Source of the DNA: Candidatus Nomurabacteria bacterium
Lineage (GTDB): Bacteria; Patescibacteriota; Minisyncoccia; Phycocordibacterales; CAIZLB01
Direction of reading: 5' to 3'
Length of the DNA: 64,000 bases
Assembly: GCA_943356525.1 (NCBI GenBank)
Contig: CALRFG010000001.1
Location: 7,278 to 71,277, forward strand
Shown: piece by piece, positions 17,695 through 27,495 of the stretch
How positions within the stretch are numbered: position 1 is the stretch's first letter
Layout of the letters: each line of letters starts with the position of its first letter
Translations under genes and position numbers: made by a program
The notes under the pieces: generated by a model
Database searches by the model: none
The model's input: the letters and a program-made list of their open reading frames with translations, nothing else
Told to the model about the DNA's origin: nothing

Positions 17695-17970
17695 ATGTCC
17701 AAAAACAGTAATCAAGAAAATATTAACAAAGCCATAAACCCTGAATCAAAAATAGATGATTTGAATTTACCTGATATTGGCTTAGATATAGCAGATGATG
17801 ACTTACTTATTACAACAGAAGAGACTCTGACTGTTGTTATAGAGGACGATGAGGGATTATTAGAAGATGAAGAGTTTTTACTTGGTTTAAATAAAAATAA
17901 AAAGAAAAAGAAAAACGAAGATGATGAAGATATTGAGGATTTTGATAGTTATTTTTTTCAAGAGGAATAG
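17695..17970 (+). CDS. Small, highly acidic hypothetical protein
   Basis: 91-aa ORF in operon context; D/E-rich with one Lys patch. Confidence 0.65.
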   Translation: MSKNSNQENINKAINPESKIDDLNLPDIGLDIADDDLLITTEETLTVVIEDDEGLLEDEEFLLGLNKNKKKKKNEDDEDIEDFDSYFFQEE

Positions 17971-17987
17971 GTTATACTATAAAATAT

Positions 17988-20444
17988 ATGGTAAAAGTTT
18001 TTAGAAATTTTATTTATAAAATAGAGGATTTTATTATTTATATAATAAGCAAAATGATTAAATTTTTTAATTTAAATAAAAAGAATAAATCCTGGGTTAA
18101 AAAATTAGTAAGAAAAATTATTTTAGGAGTTATTGCTTTATTGATGTTTATTACCGCTCTTTTTTTATTGTGGTTTTCCAGCCTAAAAACACCTGATATA
18201 AACGTTTTTGATGACAAACTACTTGGACAATCAGCTAAGATATACGATAGAACAGGAAATGTTTTATTGTATGATTTAAGTCAAAAAGTAAGAAGATCTG
18301 TTATGCCAATTGATCAAATCTCTCCTTATATAGCACAGGCAACTATTGCCATAGAGGATAATGATTTTTATCAACATGGAGGTATAAAAATATCATCTCT
18401 TGTGCGTGCTGTTTTTGCAAACATTAGTGAGGGTGGTTACAGTCAAGGCGGTTCTACTATAACTCAACAAGTTGTTAAAAACTCTCTTTTGACAAGAGAT
18501 AAGACAATAGTTAGAAAAATTAAAGAAATATTTTTATCATTAAAACTTGAAAGGAATTTAACTAAGGATCAGATTTTAACACTTTATCTAAATAATTCTC
18601 CTTATGGTGGAAATATATATGGTGTTGAGGAAGCAACTCAATTATTTTTCAATAAAAAAGCAAATGATGTTACTTTAGCAGAGGCTGCTATTATTGCATC
18701 TTTACCAAAAGCACCTTCTACTTATAACCCTTATGTAGGCAAAAAAAATGCACTATTAGATAGGAAAAATCTTGTTCTTTCAAACATGTTTAAACTGAAA
18801 ATGATTACAGAGGAGCAGTACAACGAAGCAAAAGCAGAGGTTGTTGTATTTGAACCAAGAAATCTAGGTTCAATAAAAGCAGCACATTTTGTAATGTATT
18901 TAAGAGATCAGCTAGAAAAAAAATATGGTATAGAAAAATTATCTGAAGGTGGTTTTAAGGTTATTTCTACAATAGACTATGATATTCAAAAAAAAGGAGA
19001 GGAAATAGTTTTTGATTATATAAAAAATAATCAAAAAAGATTTGGTGCTGAAAATGGTTCTATGGTTGTTATAGATCCAAAAACAGGACAAATATTGGCC
19101 ATGATAGGTTCACGAGATTATTTTGATACAGAAATAGATGGAAATTTTAACATTGCGACAGCATATAGACAACCAGGTTCAGCTTTTAAACCTTTTGTGT
19201 TTGCAACGGGTTTTAATAAAGGTTTTTTACCTCAAACTGTATTGTTTGATACTTTAACCGAGTTTTCGTCTGAATGTACACCTAGTGGTATACCTAAATC
19301 AGCAGAAACTGTTTGTTATAAGCCTCAAAACTATGAGGGTGGTTTTAAGGGTCCTATGAGTATAAGAATGGCACTAGGTGCATCTAGAAACATACCTGCG
19401 GTTAAGATGATATATCTTGTTGGTGTCCAATCTGTTATAAACACCGCTAGGGCGTTGGGTATTTCCAATCTAGAGAATGCATCAAAGTATGGTTTATCGC
19501 TTGCACTTGGGTCTGGTGAAGTGTCTGTAATTGACATGACAAGTGCTTATGGGGTTTTTGCAAATGATGGTGTTAGAAACAACGTTACTGGTATAATTAA
19601 AATAGAAGATTCAAATGGCCAAGTTTTGGAGGAGTTTGAACCTGCACCTAAAAAGGTCCTGGAAGAGCAAACCGCTAGGTATATAAACGATATCTTGTCT
19701 GATGTGGTTGCGCGTAACAGTATATTTGTAAAATCTTATTTCAAAGATGATATAGTTGCCATGAAAACAGGTACAACAAACAACTCTCGTGATGCTTGGA
19801 CTATAGGTTATACACCAACAGTGGTTGTGGGTGCATGGATAGGAAACAACGACAATAGCCCTATGAGCCAAATTGCTTCAGCTTTGATAGTATCCCCTAT
19901 GTGGAAACAATACATGGATTATTTATTAACAAAAGTTAATAAAGAATCATTTATAAAGCCAGAGGAAATAAGTAGTGATGTTAAACCTTTTATGAAAGGG
20001 GTTTATCAAACAGCAGATGGTGTTGCTCACAGTGAGCTATACTGGATTGATAGAGATGATGTTACAGGCGCACAACCAAGAAATCCTGCTGCTGATCCAT
20101 TATTCTACAATTGGGAAAATTCTATATATAATGAATCACAGGAGTTTAGTGATGGAAACACTTCTTCATCAGGTTTAATGGTAAATATAATTGGTAGTAA
20201 AAAAAATTTATTAAAGGACTCTATATTAAGTGTGAGTGTTTCTGGTTATACAGATCAGACTACAAAAGTAGATTTCTTAATAAACGGAGTAAAGGTTGGA
20301 GATAGTACTACATCACCTTATAAATTTAACGTTAACTTAAATTTGTTAAAAAACATAAATCCAGAGAATGAAATAAAAATAGTGGAGTACAATAAAGATG
20401 ATGTTACTAAAGTTGCGGTAGATTATTTTACAATTCAAGAGTAA
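17988..20444 (+). CDS. Class A penicillin-binding protein (PBP1A-like) with C-terminal Ig-like domain
   Basis: Glycosyltransferase motifs EDNDFYQHGG, GGSTITQQ and RKIKE; transpeptidase motifs SAFK, SRN and KTG. Confidence 0.95.
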   Translation: MVKVFRNFIYKIEDFIIYIISKMIKFFNLNKKNKSWVKKLVRKIILGVIALLMFITALFLLWFSSLKTPDINVFDDKLLGQSAKIYDRTGNVLLYDLSQKVRRSVMPIDQISPYIAQATIAIEDNDFYQHGGIKISSLVRAVFANISEGGYSQGGSTITQQVVKNSLLTRDKTIVRKIKEIFLSLKLERNLTKDQILTLYLNNSPYGGNIYGVEEATQLFFNKKANDVTLAEAAIIASLPKAPSTYNPYVGKKNALLDRKNLVLSNMFKLKMITEEQYNEAKAEVVVFEPRNLGSIKAAHFVMYLRDQLEKKYGIEKLSEGGFKVISTIDYDIQKKGEEIVFDYIKNNQKRFGAENGSMVVIDPKTGQILAMIGSRDYFDTEIDGNFNIATAYRQPGSAFKPFVFATGFNKGFLPQTVLFDTLTEFSSECTPSGIPKSAETVCYKPQNYEGGFKGPMSIRMALGASRNIPAVKMIYLVGVQSVINTARALGISNLENASKYGLSLALGSGEVSVIDMTSAYGVFANDGVRNNVTGIIKIEDSNGQVLEEFEPAPKKVLEEQTARYINDILSDVVARNSIFVKSYFKDDIVAMKTGTTNNSRDAWTIGYTPTVVVGAWIGNNDNSPMSQIASALIVSPMWKQYMDYLLTKVNKESFIKPEEISSDVKPFMKGVYQTADGVAHSELYWIDRDDVTGAQPRNPAADPLFYNWENSIYNESQEFSDGNTSSSGLMVNIIGSKKNLLKDSILSVSVSGYTDQTTKVDFLINGVKVGDSTTSPYKFNVNLNLLKNINPENEIKIVEYNKDDVTKVAVDYFTIQE

Positions 20445-20700
20445 GGCTGGAATTTAAATTTTTTATTTTTTTATTAATCTTTTCCAGATGCATGAGTATT
20501 ATAAATCTTTTGTTTGAGTTTAATTTAATTTTAAATATATTATTATTATTAAGGATATCTTTTTCTTTAATTTTTAAACCAGATTCTTCATTTATTATTT
20601 TTAATACAGCATAGATAATTTGATCAGATGCACTCTTTGTAATATCCAGTTGATTTTCTAATTTAATTAGGTTTGATAAATCTTTTATGTTTTTAAGCAC
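20428..20700 (-). CDS. Possible DciA/DUF721-like helicase loader domain protein
   Basis: 90-aa ORF directly after dnaN; size, position and C-terminal helix pattern are compatible. Motif support is weak. Confidence 0.45.
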   Translation of the reverse strand: MLKNIKDLSNLIKLENQLDITKSASDQIIYAVLKIINEESGLKIKEKDILNNNNIFKIKLNSNKRFIILMHLEKINKKIKNLNSSLTLEL

Positions 20701-20727
20701 TGTTTTATATATAATTAAAAGTTATCT

Positions 20728-21855
20728 TTATTTATTCATAGGCATAACCATATAAACATAACTATTATCCTCAAGGGGTTTTATTACTGTTGGTGTTGTT
20801 TTACCACTGATTTCTATACTTATTTTGTCAGATTTAATTTTATTTAAAAAATCTGATAAGTATTTATGATTATAGTTTTGGGACAAAGACTCCCCTTTTT
20901 TAAATATTTCCTGCTTTGAAAAAGACTCACCTATTTTATTATTTTTAGAATAAAAATCTATTTCTTTGTCACCTATATCAATTTTTACATAATTAAAATC
21001 ATCGGAGAAAATATTTGATGCTTTTAATGCATTTAAAATATCTTCTGTTGACATCTCTATCTCTGTAATAAATTTATTTGGAATAATTGCTTTATAGTTT
21101 GGATACAAACCTGAAACAGTTCTAACACATAATAAACTCTCTGTTGTTTTTACACAAAATAAACCCTTTTCTAGAAAAATAGATATTGAAATATTTGGAT
21201 AAATTACCTTCATTAAATCATTTAAGGTTTTTGCTGGTATAAGTATTTGCTTAAAATCATCTATATTTTTTATATTATCTTTATTTATAATTTTTCTTTT
21301 TTCAACTAGTCTAAATCCATCAGTGGCTACAAAACTAAATACATCACCCTCATAAGACATAAGGACACAAGACAGCTCTGGTTTTATACTAGATATAGCT
21401 GCTGCAAAAGAAACCGATTGTATTCCATCAATTAATATATCTGAATTTATTATTAAACTGTTTTCACTTTGACTAAGGTTAAAATTTTTAATATCAGGAT
21501 AAGTATTAGAGGAAACTATTTGTATATTTGATTCCTGATTTTTAACTTTTATTTTTATAGAGTTTTCTAGTATTTCAATAATTACGTTTTCATTTTTATT
21601 GAATAGATTTAAATAACTTAGTAAAAGATTTGGATTTATACATATTTTCTTATTTTTACCTTCTGATATTGTTTTTATAAATATATCTTGTTTGTAAAAT
21701 ATATCTAGATTATAGCTAGTTATTCTCAATGTTGATTCATCTGTAATCTCGAATAGTATATTCTCTAAAACTGGTTGATTTGGGTTTCTTGTGGTTATTT
21801 TAGCTGCTTTACCTATAACATCTATCAATAATTCATTTATTGTTTCTATTTTCAT
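20728..21855 (-). CDS. dnaN: DNA polymerase III beta sliding clamp
   Basis: VATDGFRL, YPNY and MVMPM motifs; follows dnaA. Start placed at MKIETI. Confidence 0.95.
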   Translation of the reverse strand: MKIETINELLIDVIGKAAKITTRNPNQPVLENILFEITDESTLRITSYNLDIFYKQDIFIKTISEGKNKKICINPNLLLSYLNLFNKNENVIIEILENSIKIKVKNQESNIQIVSSNTYPDIKNFNLSQSENSLIINSDILIDGIQSVSFAAAISSIKPELSCVLMSYEGDVFSFVATDGFRLVEKRKIINKDNIKNIDDFKQILIPAKTLNDLMKVIYPNISISIFLEKGLFCVKTTESLLCVRTVSGLYPNYKAIIPNKFITEIEMSTEDILNALKASNIFSDDFNYVKIDIGDKEIDFYSKNNKIGESFSKQEIFKKGESLSQNYNHKYLSDFLNKIKSDKISIEISGKTTPTVIKPLEDNSYVYMVMPMNK

Positions 21856-21866
21856 ATTTAAATTAA

Positions 21867-22097
21867 TTATACACAATAATAGCCATTATGTATGTTGATA
21901 TCTTAATAAGTCTAATATACTTATATACTTCAACCTTATTTGATAATTTGAATGTTGATAATCTAGTTGATAGCTGTGGATAAAATAGGTGTATAACTAT
22001 GTATATGTGGATAACTGTGGATAAAACCTATACTTATACAGTGTTTATACAAACTTATATACAGTATATAAACAAGATATACACAAGTTTATACACA
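21867..22097. promoter_or_regulatory. oriC DnaA-box cluster between dnaA and dnaN
   Basis: TGTGGATAA at 21975, 22006 and 22016; TTATACACA at 21867 and 22089; near-matches at 21953 and 21988. Confidence 0.9.
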
Positions 22098-22099
22098 AA

Positions 22100-23473
22100 C
22101 TATATACGAAGCATTGATTTGATTTGGTTGATCTCCTCAAATAAAACTTGGTTTGAAACCAAATCAGCCTTAACTTTGTCATATGCGTGTATAACCGTTG
22201 TATGATCCCTCTTTCCTAGTTTTTCACCTATATTTGATAAAGAATAACCAAAATATTCCCTTAATATAAACATTAAAACCTGCCTAGGTTTAACTATCTC
22301 TTGTTTTCTGTTCTTTTCTATTATAGATTTTTCATCTATTTTGTAAAATGAAGCCACAGCCTTTAAAACATCCTTTAAGGAGATGTTTCCTGAGGTTTTT
22401 ACAATGTTTTTTGTTAAGTTTTTAACCTCATCGAGACTTAAAACCCTATCTTTTATTTGAGATTGTATTGATATATTGTTTATTATACCCTCTATTTCCC
22501 TTATACTACCATCCAAACCTTCTGCTAGGTACTGTATAGTCTCTTGGTCTAGTTTAGTGTCTCCTTGCTCCAGTTTAGAGTTAATAATAGCTATTTTAGA
22601 TTCAGTGTCTATCCTAGGTATATCTATAATCATACCTTGTGAAAACCTTGATTTTAAACGACTTTCTAGATTCTGTAGATAATTAGGATGCTGATCTGAT
22701 GAAAAGATGATTTGTCTCTGATTGTCATATAAAAAATTGAATAAATGGAACAATTCCTCCTGAGTTTTTTCTTTGTTTGATAAAAACTGAATATCATCCA
22801 TAATCAAAAGGTCATATTTCTTGTACTTTTCCTTGAAAAGGTTAGATTTGTTATTTTGTAAAGAAGATATATAGTCATTTGTAAACCTTTCGCTTGTTAC
22901 ATAAAAAACCTTCTTACTAAGATTATTTTTATAATAATTTCCAACAGCCTGCATAAGGTGAGTCTTCCCTACCCCTGTACTACCGTAAAAAAATAAAGGG
23001 TTATAAAATCCAGGTTTTTTAATAATAGCCTGAGCTGAAGCATTTGCTAATTCATTAAAAGAACCCACAACAAAAGAGTCGAATATGTATTTTGGGTTCA
23101 AGTTATCATTTAAATCTATATAGTTATCCTTCAAAGGTAACTCATTTTTCTTATCATAAACCTTTTCACCCCCTTTTTCTTCTATTCTATCGCTGTTTTT
23201 AAGATCTTTTTCTTTTTTAACTATTGTTGGAGATATTATAAATTCGATATTTTTTATATTTTCATGTTTCTTTCTAAGAATATTGAGTATTTTTGTATAT
23301 GCCTTACTTTTAATCCAGTCTATAGCAAAAGAGTTTTGTACTAAAACCTTCAAAACATGATCCTCATATGAGTCAACTTTTGTGTTTTTAAGCCAAGAAT
23401 TATAACCTGAAGGAGTAACCTCTGGTTTTATTTCTTCTAATGTTTTTTTCCATATAATGTTAATTTCTTCCAT
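22100..23473 (-). CDS. dnaA: Chromosomal replication initiator DnaA
   Basis: NPLFFYGSTGVGKTHL, DDIQF, QEELFHLFN and RDHTTVIHA motifs. Confidence 0.98.
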   Translation of the reverse strand: MEEINIIWKKTLEEIKPEVTPSGYNSWLKNTKVDSYEDHVLKVLVQNSFAIDWIKSKAYTKILNILRKKHENIKNIEFIISPTIVKKEKDLKNSDRIEEKGGEKVYDKKNELPLKDNYIDLNDNLNPKYIFDSFVVGSFNELANASAQAIIKKPGFYNPLFFYGSTGVGKTHLMQAVGNYYKNNLSKKVFYVTSERFTNDYISSLQNNKSNLFKEKYKKYDLLIMDDIQFLSNKEKTQEELFHLFNFLYDNQRQIIFSSDQHPNYLQNLESRLKSRFSQGMIIDIPRIDTESKIAIINSKLEQGDTKLDQETIQYLAEGLDGSIREIEGIINNISIQSQIKDRVLSLDEVKNLTKNIVKTSGNISLKDVLKAVASFYKIDEKSIIEKNRKQEIVKPRQVLMFILREYFGYSLSNIGEKLGKRDHTTVIHAYDKVKADLVSNQVLFEEINQIKSMLRI

Positions 23474-23500
23474 GTGGATAAATTATATACTTGTGGATAA
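23473..23500. promoter_or_regulatory. Two DnaA boxes flanking the dnaA -10 element
   Basis: TGTGGATAA at 23473-23481 and 23492-23500, with TATAAT on the minus strand between them. Confidence 0.85.
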
Positions 23501-23549
23501 CTTTTTTTACCTTGTTTTTTCTATAAAATAATGTATATTGTTATATATT

Positions 23550-23693
23550 ATGTCATTCACTTATAATCCAAAGAAAAAGAAAAGAGCAACAACTCATGGT
23601 TTTTTAGCTAGATCCAAAACACATGGTGGTAGAAGGGTGTTACAAGCAAGAAGAAGAAAAGGCAGAAAAAACCTTTCAACTGTTGGTTCATAA
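23550..23693 (+). CDS. rpmH: 50S ribosomal protein L34
   Basis: Translated by hand: [47 protein letters not shown]. Not in the ORF track. Confidence 0.96.
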   Translation: MSFTYNPKKKKRATTHGFLARSKTHGGRRVLQARRRKGRKNLSTVGS

Positions 23694-23737
23694 TCATTTA
23701 TATAGTGATTTGTTGTATAATAATATAAAAAACAGTC

Positions 23738-24028
23738 ATGCTTTACACTATAAAAACAATAAACCAGAAAGAAAAACCTGGTTTTTTTGTTTATTTTGTA
23801 GCAAAAAAGAAAGTGTTTAAAAAAGCTGTACTGCGCAACAAGGTAAAAAGAATAGCCAGACATGCCTTTTTTGAGGCCAAGAAGAGTCTTTTATCTACCA
23901 AAAACCAAACCTTTCCAGATAAACAGGTTATTTTTTTCTTAGAAAATGGTATTATTCAAGAATCCTTTGAAAACATAGTTAATTCTTTTACAAACGATAT
24001 TTTAAAAATAAGTAATAAAAACAAATAA
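23738..24028 (+). CDS. rnpA: Ribonuclease P protein component (short)
   Basis: KKVFKKAVLRNKVKR RNR-type motif; canonical position between rpmH and yidC. Confidence 0.85.
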   Translation: MLYTIKTINQKEKPGFFVYFVAKKKVFKKAVLRNKVKRIARHAFFEAKKSLLSTKNQTFPDKQVIFFLENGIIQESFENIVNSFTNDILKISNKNK

Positions 24029-24037
24029 AACACAACA

Positions 24038-24775
24038 ATGTTCCATACAATATTTTATAAACCAATGTACAATGCTTTGATATTTATATTGGACATATTA
24101 CCAAGCCATGATGTTGCTTTAGCTGTTATAGTTTTGACTACTTTGATTAAAATAGTACTTCTCCCCTTGTCTCATAAGATGTTTATAACCCAAATACTAC
24201 AGAAAAAAATACAACCGATCATATCTAAGATACAAGAAGAGTATAAAGATAATAAACAAATGTTAGGTGTAAAAATGCTAGAGGTATATAAAGAGCATAA
24301 ACTTAACCCTTTCTCTTCTCTTTTATTAATGATAATACAAATACCAATCGTCCTTGCGTTATATTTTGTTTTTGCAAACGGGGGGTTACCTGAAATAATC
24401 CTAGCTGATCTATACCCATTTGTTTCAAGTGTAAATAATATTAAATATGTATTACTAGGTATAGACTTTACTAAAGCCAACGTTTTAGTTGGTTTCGTTG
24501 CAGGGTTGGCTCAATATATACAAATAAGGCTATCTTTGCAAAACATGACACCTATTGACCCAAAAAAACCTATATCTGAAATGAAACCAGAAGAAATGAT
24601 GCAGAAACAAATGAGTTTTATGATGAAATATTTTATACCAATACTTATATTTATAGCATCACTTCAAGTTTCAGCCGCAGTTGCCTTATACTGGATAGTC
24701 TCATCTATTTTTATGATAGTTCAAGAGTTATATTTCAGAAATAAATATAAAGTTGAATTATTAGCTGTTAAATAA
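24038..24775 (+). CDS. yidC: YidC/Oxa1 membrane protein insertase
   Basis: QP.I.KIQEEYK, NP.SS....IQIPI and LYWIVSS motifs. Confidence 0.95.
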   Translation: MFHTIFYKPMYNALIFILDILPSHDVALAVIVLTTLIKIVLLPLSHKMFITQILQKKIQPIISKIQEEYKDNKQMLGVKMLEVYKEHKLNPFSSLLLMIIQIPIVLALYFVFANGGLPEIILADLYPFVSSVNNIKYVLLGIDFTKANVLVGFVAGLAQYIQIRLSLQNMTPIDPKKPISEMKPEEMMQKQMSFMMKYFIPILIFIASLQVSAAVALYWIVSSIFMIVQELYFRNKYKVELLAVK

Positions 24776-24813
24776 AACCTTCATAATAAAATATTTATTC
24801 AAATTCTAAAAAT

Positions 24814-24862
24814 AAATAAAAAATAAGGTCATTCTAGCAAAGAATGACCTTATTTTTTATTT
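24814..24862. terminator. Bidirectional terminator between convergent genes
   Basis: AAATAAAAAATAAGGTCATTCT-AGCAA-AGAATGACCTTATTTTTTATTT perfect stem. Confidence 0.9.
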
Positions 24863-24870
24863 AATTATTA

Positions 24871-26190
24871 CTAGAGGTCGTATTTCCACAAAGTTAAAGT
24901 CTCTTTATCTTGAAATAACAGATATTTGTTTGTACTAGATATGTTCATTTTATATATATCTATAGGTACTATAACCTGATCTTGTAATGAGACAATAAGT
25001 CTAAAGCCCCCTGTTTCAGCATCAATCGACCATATATTATCACCAAAAGATATATTATTTTTATACCATGCGTCTGGATAAGGTGCTTGCTCTAGTCTTT
25101 GTGGTATACCACAGTATATTATTTTAGAATCAGAGCCCCAAACACATTTATCTACTATGGTGGCTTGATTTAAATACGTTGAATTTTTCGCTTTTATGTC
25201 ATATATGAATGTTTCCAAAGTGTTATTTAATATTTCATTGTATATAACCTTCTTGCCATCAGGTGACATAAGTGTGTTAAAACCGTATTTTTCACCCAAA
25301 ATATAAGTGTTTTTAGAGTTACCGTCTGGGTTAAGTGTGAATAAATAACCTTTAAAATAAGCCGAAGGTTTTGTTGTCAAAGCAACTACTGTTTTATTTA
25401 CGTACTGTGATAACCACTCTGATATAGTAGTATTTATTGTATTTATCCTAACAACACCATCTATATTAGAAACAACACCACCACCAGATTTGTTTATAAA
25501 ATAGAATATTTTTTTAATAGATCCTAAAAAAGATATATTATTTGCATCAATGTTTATATTTTTAACCTCAGCTTTATAAATAGTTGATGATGAAAACTCC
25601 TTTATTAGCTTCATGTATGCAGTAGAGATTGTCTCATTATCATTAGCTAAAGTTCTTATAATCAAAGAAGAACTATCTGCAAAAAATACCTCTTCAGCTC
25701 CAGGTGAGGTATAGTTAGAAATCTTTACAATATCTGTTGTAGAAGCTATATTTTCATATATATGACCTGTTTTACGATCCCAAAAGTAAATATATTCTTG
25801 ATTTTTTAATATTTTTTTATTTTTAATATCTTTTACAATATCCTTTGTTGATGTTGATTTATTTGTACTTGTTGATATAACCTCTATATCTTTATATACA
25901 AAATCAAAACCTGAAACAGGTTCATTCCATAGTTGTATAAGTCTTGGTTTTTCTGATGCTGTTTCTGTTGGATTTTCTACAACCTCTTCATTTGCAAATG
26001 TTTCAACGTTTGTAGATGTTGAAACTCTTGTTTGAAAAGGGGTTCTATTTCTATCTATATTTGTAACATCCCCACCATTTGTCTTTATTAGTGTTTTAGA
26101 TTTTTGAAAAAAACTATAACCAAAATATACACCTAAGCCTAATATTAGTATTGTTAAAGTAAAAATTATTTTTTTTATAGTATTTTTCAT
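24871..26190 (-). CDS. Membrane-anchored beta-propeller (TolB-like) protein
   Basis: N-terminal TM segment; SPDGKKVIY and WGSDSKIIYC propeller-type repeats. Confidence 0.75.
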   Translation of the reverse strand: MKNTIKKIIFTLTILILGLGVYFGYSFFQKSKTLIKTNGGDVTNIDRNRTPFQTRVSTSTNVETFANEEVVENPTETASEKPRLIQLWNEPVSGFDFVYKDIEVISTSTNKSTSTKDIVKDIKNKKILKNQEYIYFWDRKTGHIYENIASTTDIVKISNYTSPGAEEVFFADSSSLIIRTLANDNETISTAYMKLIKEFSSSTIYKAEVKNINIDANNISFLGSIKKIFYFINKSGGGVVSNIDGVVRINTINTTISEWLSQYVNKTVVALTTKPSAYFKGYLFTLNPDGNSKNTYILGEKYGFNTLMSPDGKKVIYNEILNNTLETFIYDIKAKNSTYLNQATIVDKCVWGSDSKIIYCGIPQRLEQAPYPDAWYKNNISFGDNIWSIDAETGGFRLIVSLQDQVIVPIDIYKMNISSTNKYLLFQDKETLTLWKYDL

Positions 26191-26215
26191 ATTTTTTGTT
26201 TAAAATGTTTTTTTG

Positions 26216-27472
26216 TTAACGATTTAATATTTGTGCTCTTTTTTGACCAAAATATATTGTCCATTGTCCAGCTGGTATATTTTTTAAGTATGATCCGCCC
26301 AATGTTCCATTTTCATCATAAATATCGACAGTATTATTAAAAATAACACCATTATAAACAGCCGCTGTTGCATCTTCATAGTAACCAATAGAAGTTCCGT
26401 TTATATAAACCTCTTGACCTGTCTGAGGTTTATATCTAGATATAAGATCAGGAGACAATGCAACAGAACCCTCTCTTAGAAGATTATTTGAGTTTCCTCT
26501 TCTTTGTGCTGTGTTTGTGTCTGTTATTTTGTCTTTGGTTGCACTGTATACAGTTACAACAAGTCTACCATCTGTTGATCTTTGTCCATTATTAAGACCT
26601 CTTACCCAGTTTTCTGCAGTCCTTTCATTCCAAGAACCTACAGTGTTATAAGCATCCACAATCGACCCACCCCCAGCAGCTCCTAAATACGGACTATTTG
26701 GTACACTTGGTCCATAAAGCCCTGGAACATTAACACTCTGCTGTAAACCTTCAACATTTGCAAAGCTTGTAGAATATGTACCCTCCTTCAATCCTTGGGC
26801 TGCTTTAGCTATACCCCCATCAATACTATTCTCAGTATCAAGTTGTCCTGGATTAAAGTTAAAAGCCACAAGTTGTTTGTTTACTGTATACAATATGGTA
26901 TATGACAGTAAGCCTAAAGCCAAAGCTATTAAACTATTTTGCAATCTCTTTTTAGCACCTCCTTTTATCTGACCAGTTGCCTCCTCTGTCATATATTGTA
27001 TACCTGAAACAGATATATTGATAACAGATAATATTATTATGATTGATATCAAAAGTGTAAACAACATTTTCAACAACCCCTCAGTCCCACTAGCCACTTT
27101 AATACAAGTTATCTTACCTCCTTCCTTGGTGTCTCTGTTTGGAACCTCAACAACACCAAGACTCACTGCCCCTGGAAAAGTCTTGTCTATACCAGAAAAA
27201 GGTTGATAAAGTTTCTTATTTACATAATCACAGTTTTTTGTAGTTGGAAATATTGTTGCAAGTATCGAACCTTCAGGTGCTGCCCAATCCACAAATTTAT
27301 CAGCAAACCCTTTTTCTTGAGTTGGGGTGGAGGCTTGTTTTGGTGCTGCGGCATCTAGCCTCATTTGACCTGGTACAGCTTGGGGAACTTGTGCCAAAAC
27401 ATCATCACCACCCAAAAGCAAAACAAAAATCAACACAAGTATTTTTACAAAATTGAATAAAGGTTTATCCAT
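26216..27472 (-). CDS. VirB2/TrbC-type pilin domain fused to a C-terminal 3D (MltA-like) domain
   Basis: Signal peptide and two-TM hairpin (SGIQYMT...GAKKRLQNSLIAL...ILYTVN); C-terminus VTVYS...GSVALSPD...GQEVYI...EDAT...VDIY. Confidence 0.72.
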   Translation of the reverse strand: MDKPLFNFVKILVLIFVLLLGGDDVLAQVPQAVPGQMRLDAAAPKQASTPTQEKGFADKFVDWAAPEGSILATIFPTTKNCDYVNKKLYQPFSGIDKTFPGAVSLGVVEVPNRDTKEGGKITCIKVASGTEGLLKMLFTLLISIIIILSVINISVSGIQYMTEEATGQIKGGAKKRLQNSLIALALGLLSYTILYTVNKQLVAFNFNPGQLDTENSIDGGIAKAAQGLKEGTYSTSFANVEGLQQSVNVPGLYGPSVPNSPYLGAAGGGSIVDAYNTVGSWNERTAENWVRGLNNGQRSTDGRLVVTVYSATKDKITDTNTAQRRGNSNNLLREGSVALSPDLISRYKPQTGQEVYINGTSIGYYEDATAAVYNGVIFNNTVDIYDENGTLGGSYLKNIPAGQWTIYFGQKRAQILNR

Positions 27473-27495
27473 GTGTTGATTATATCAGATTATTT
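26648..27495. repeat. 848-bp direct repeat, copy 1 (copy 2 at 28527-29374)
   Basis: Covers the promoter and about 275 codons; one mismatch seen (26679 G / 28558 C). Confidence 0.95.

Noticed and set aside
21880-21975. DnaA-trio repeats beside the oriC boxes
   Set aside because: No clean run of trinucleotide repeats could be seen, so none is claimed.
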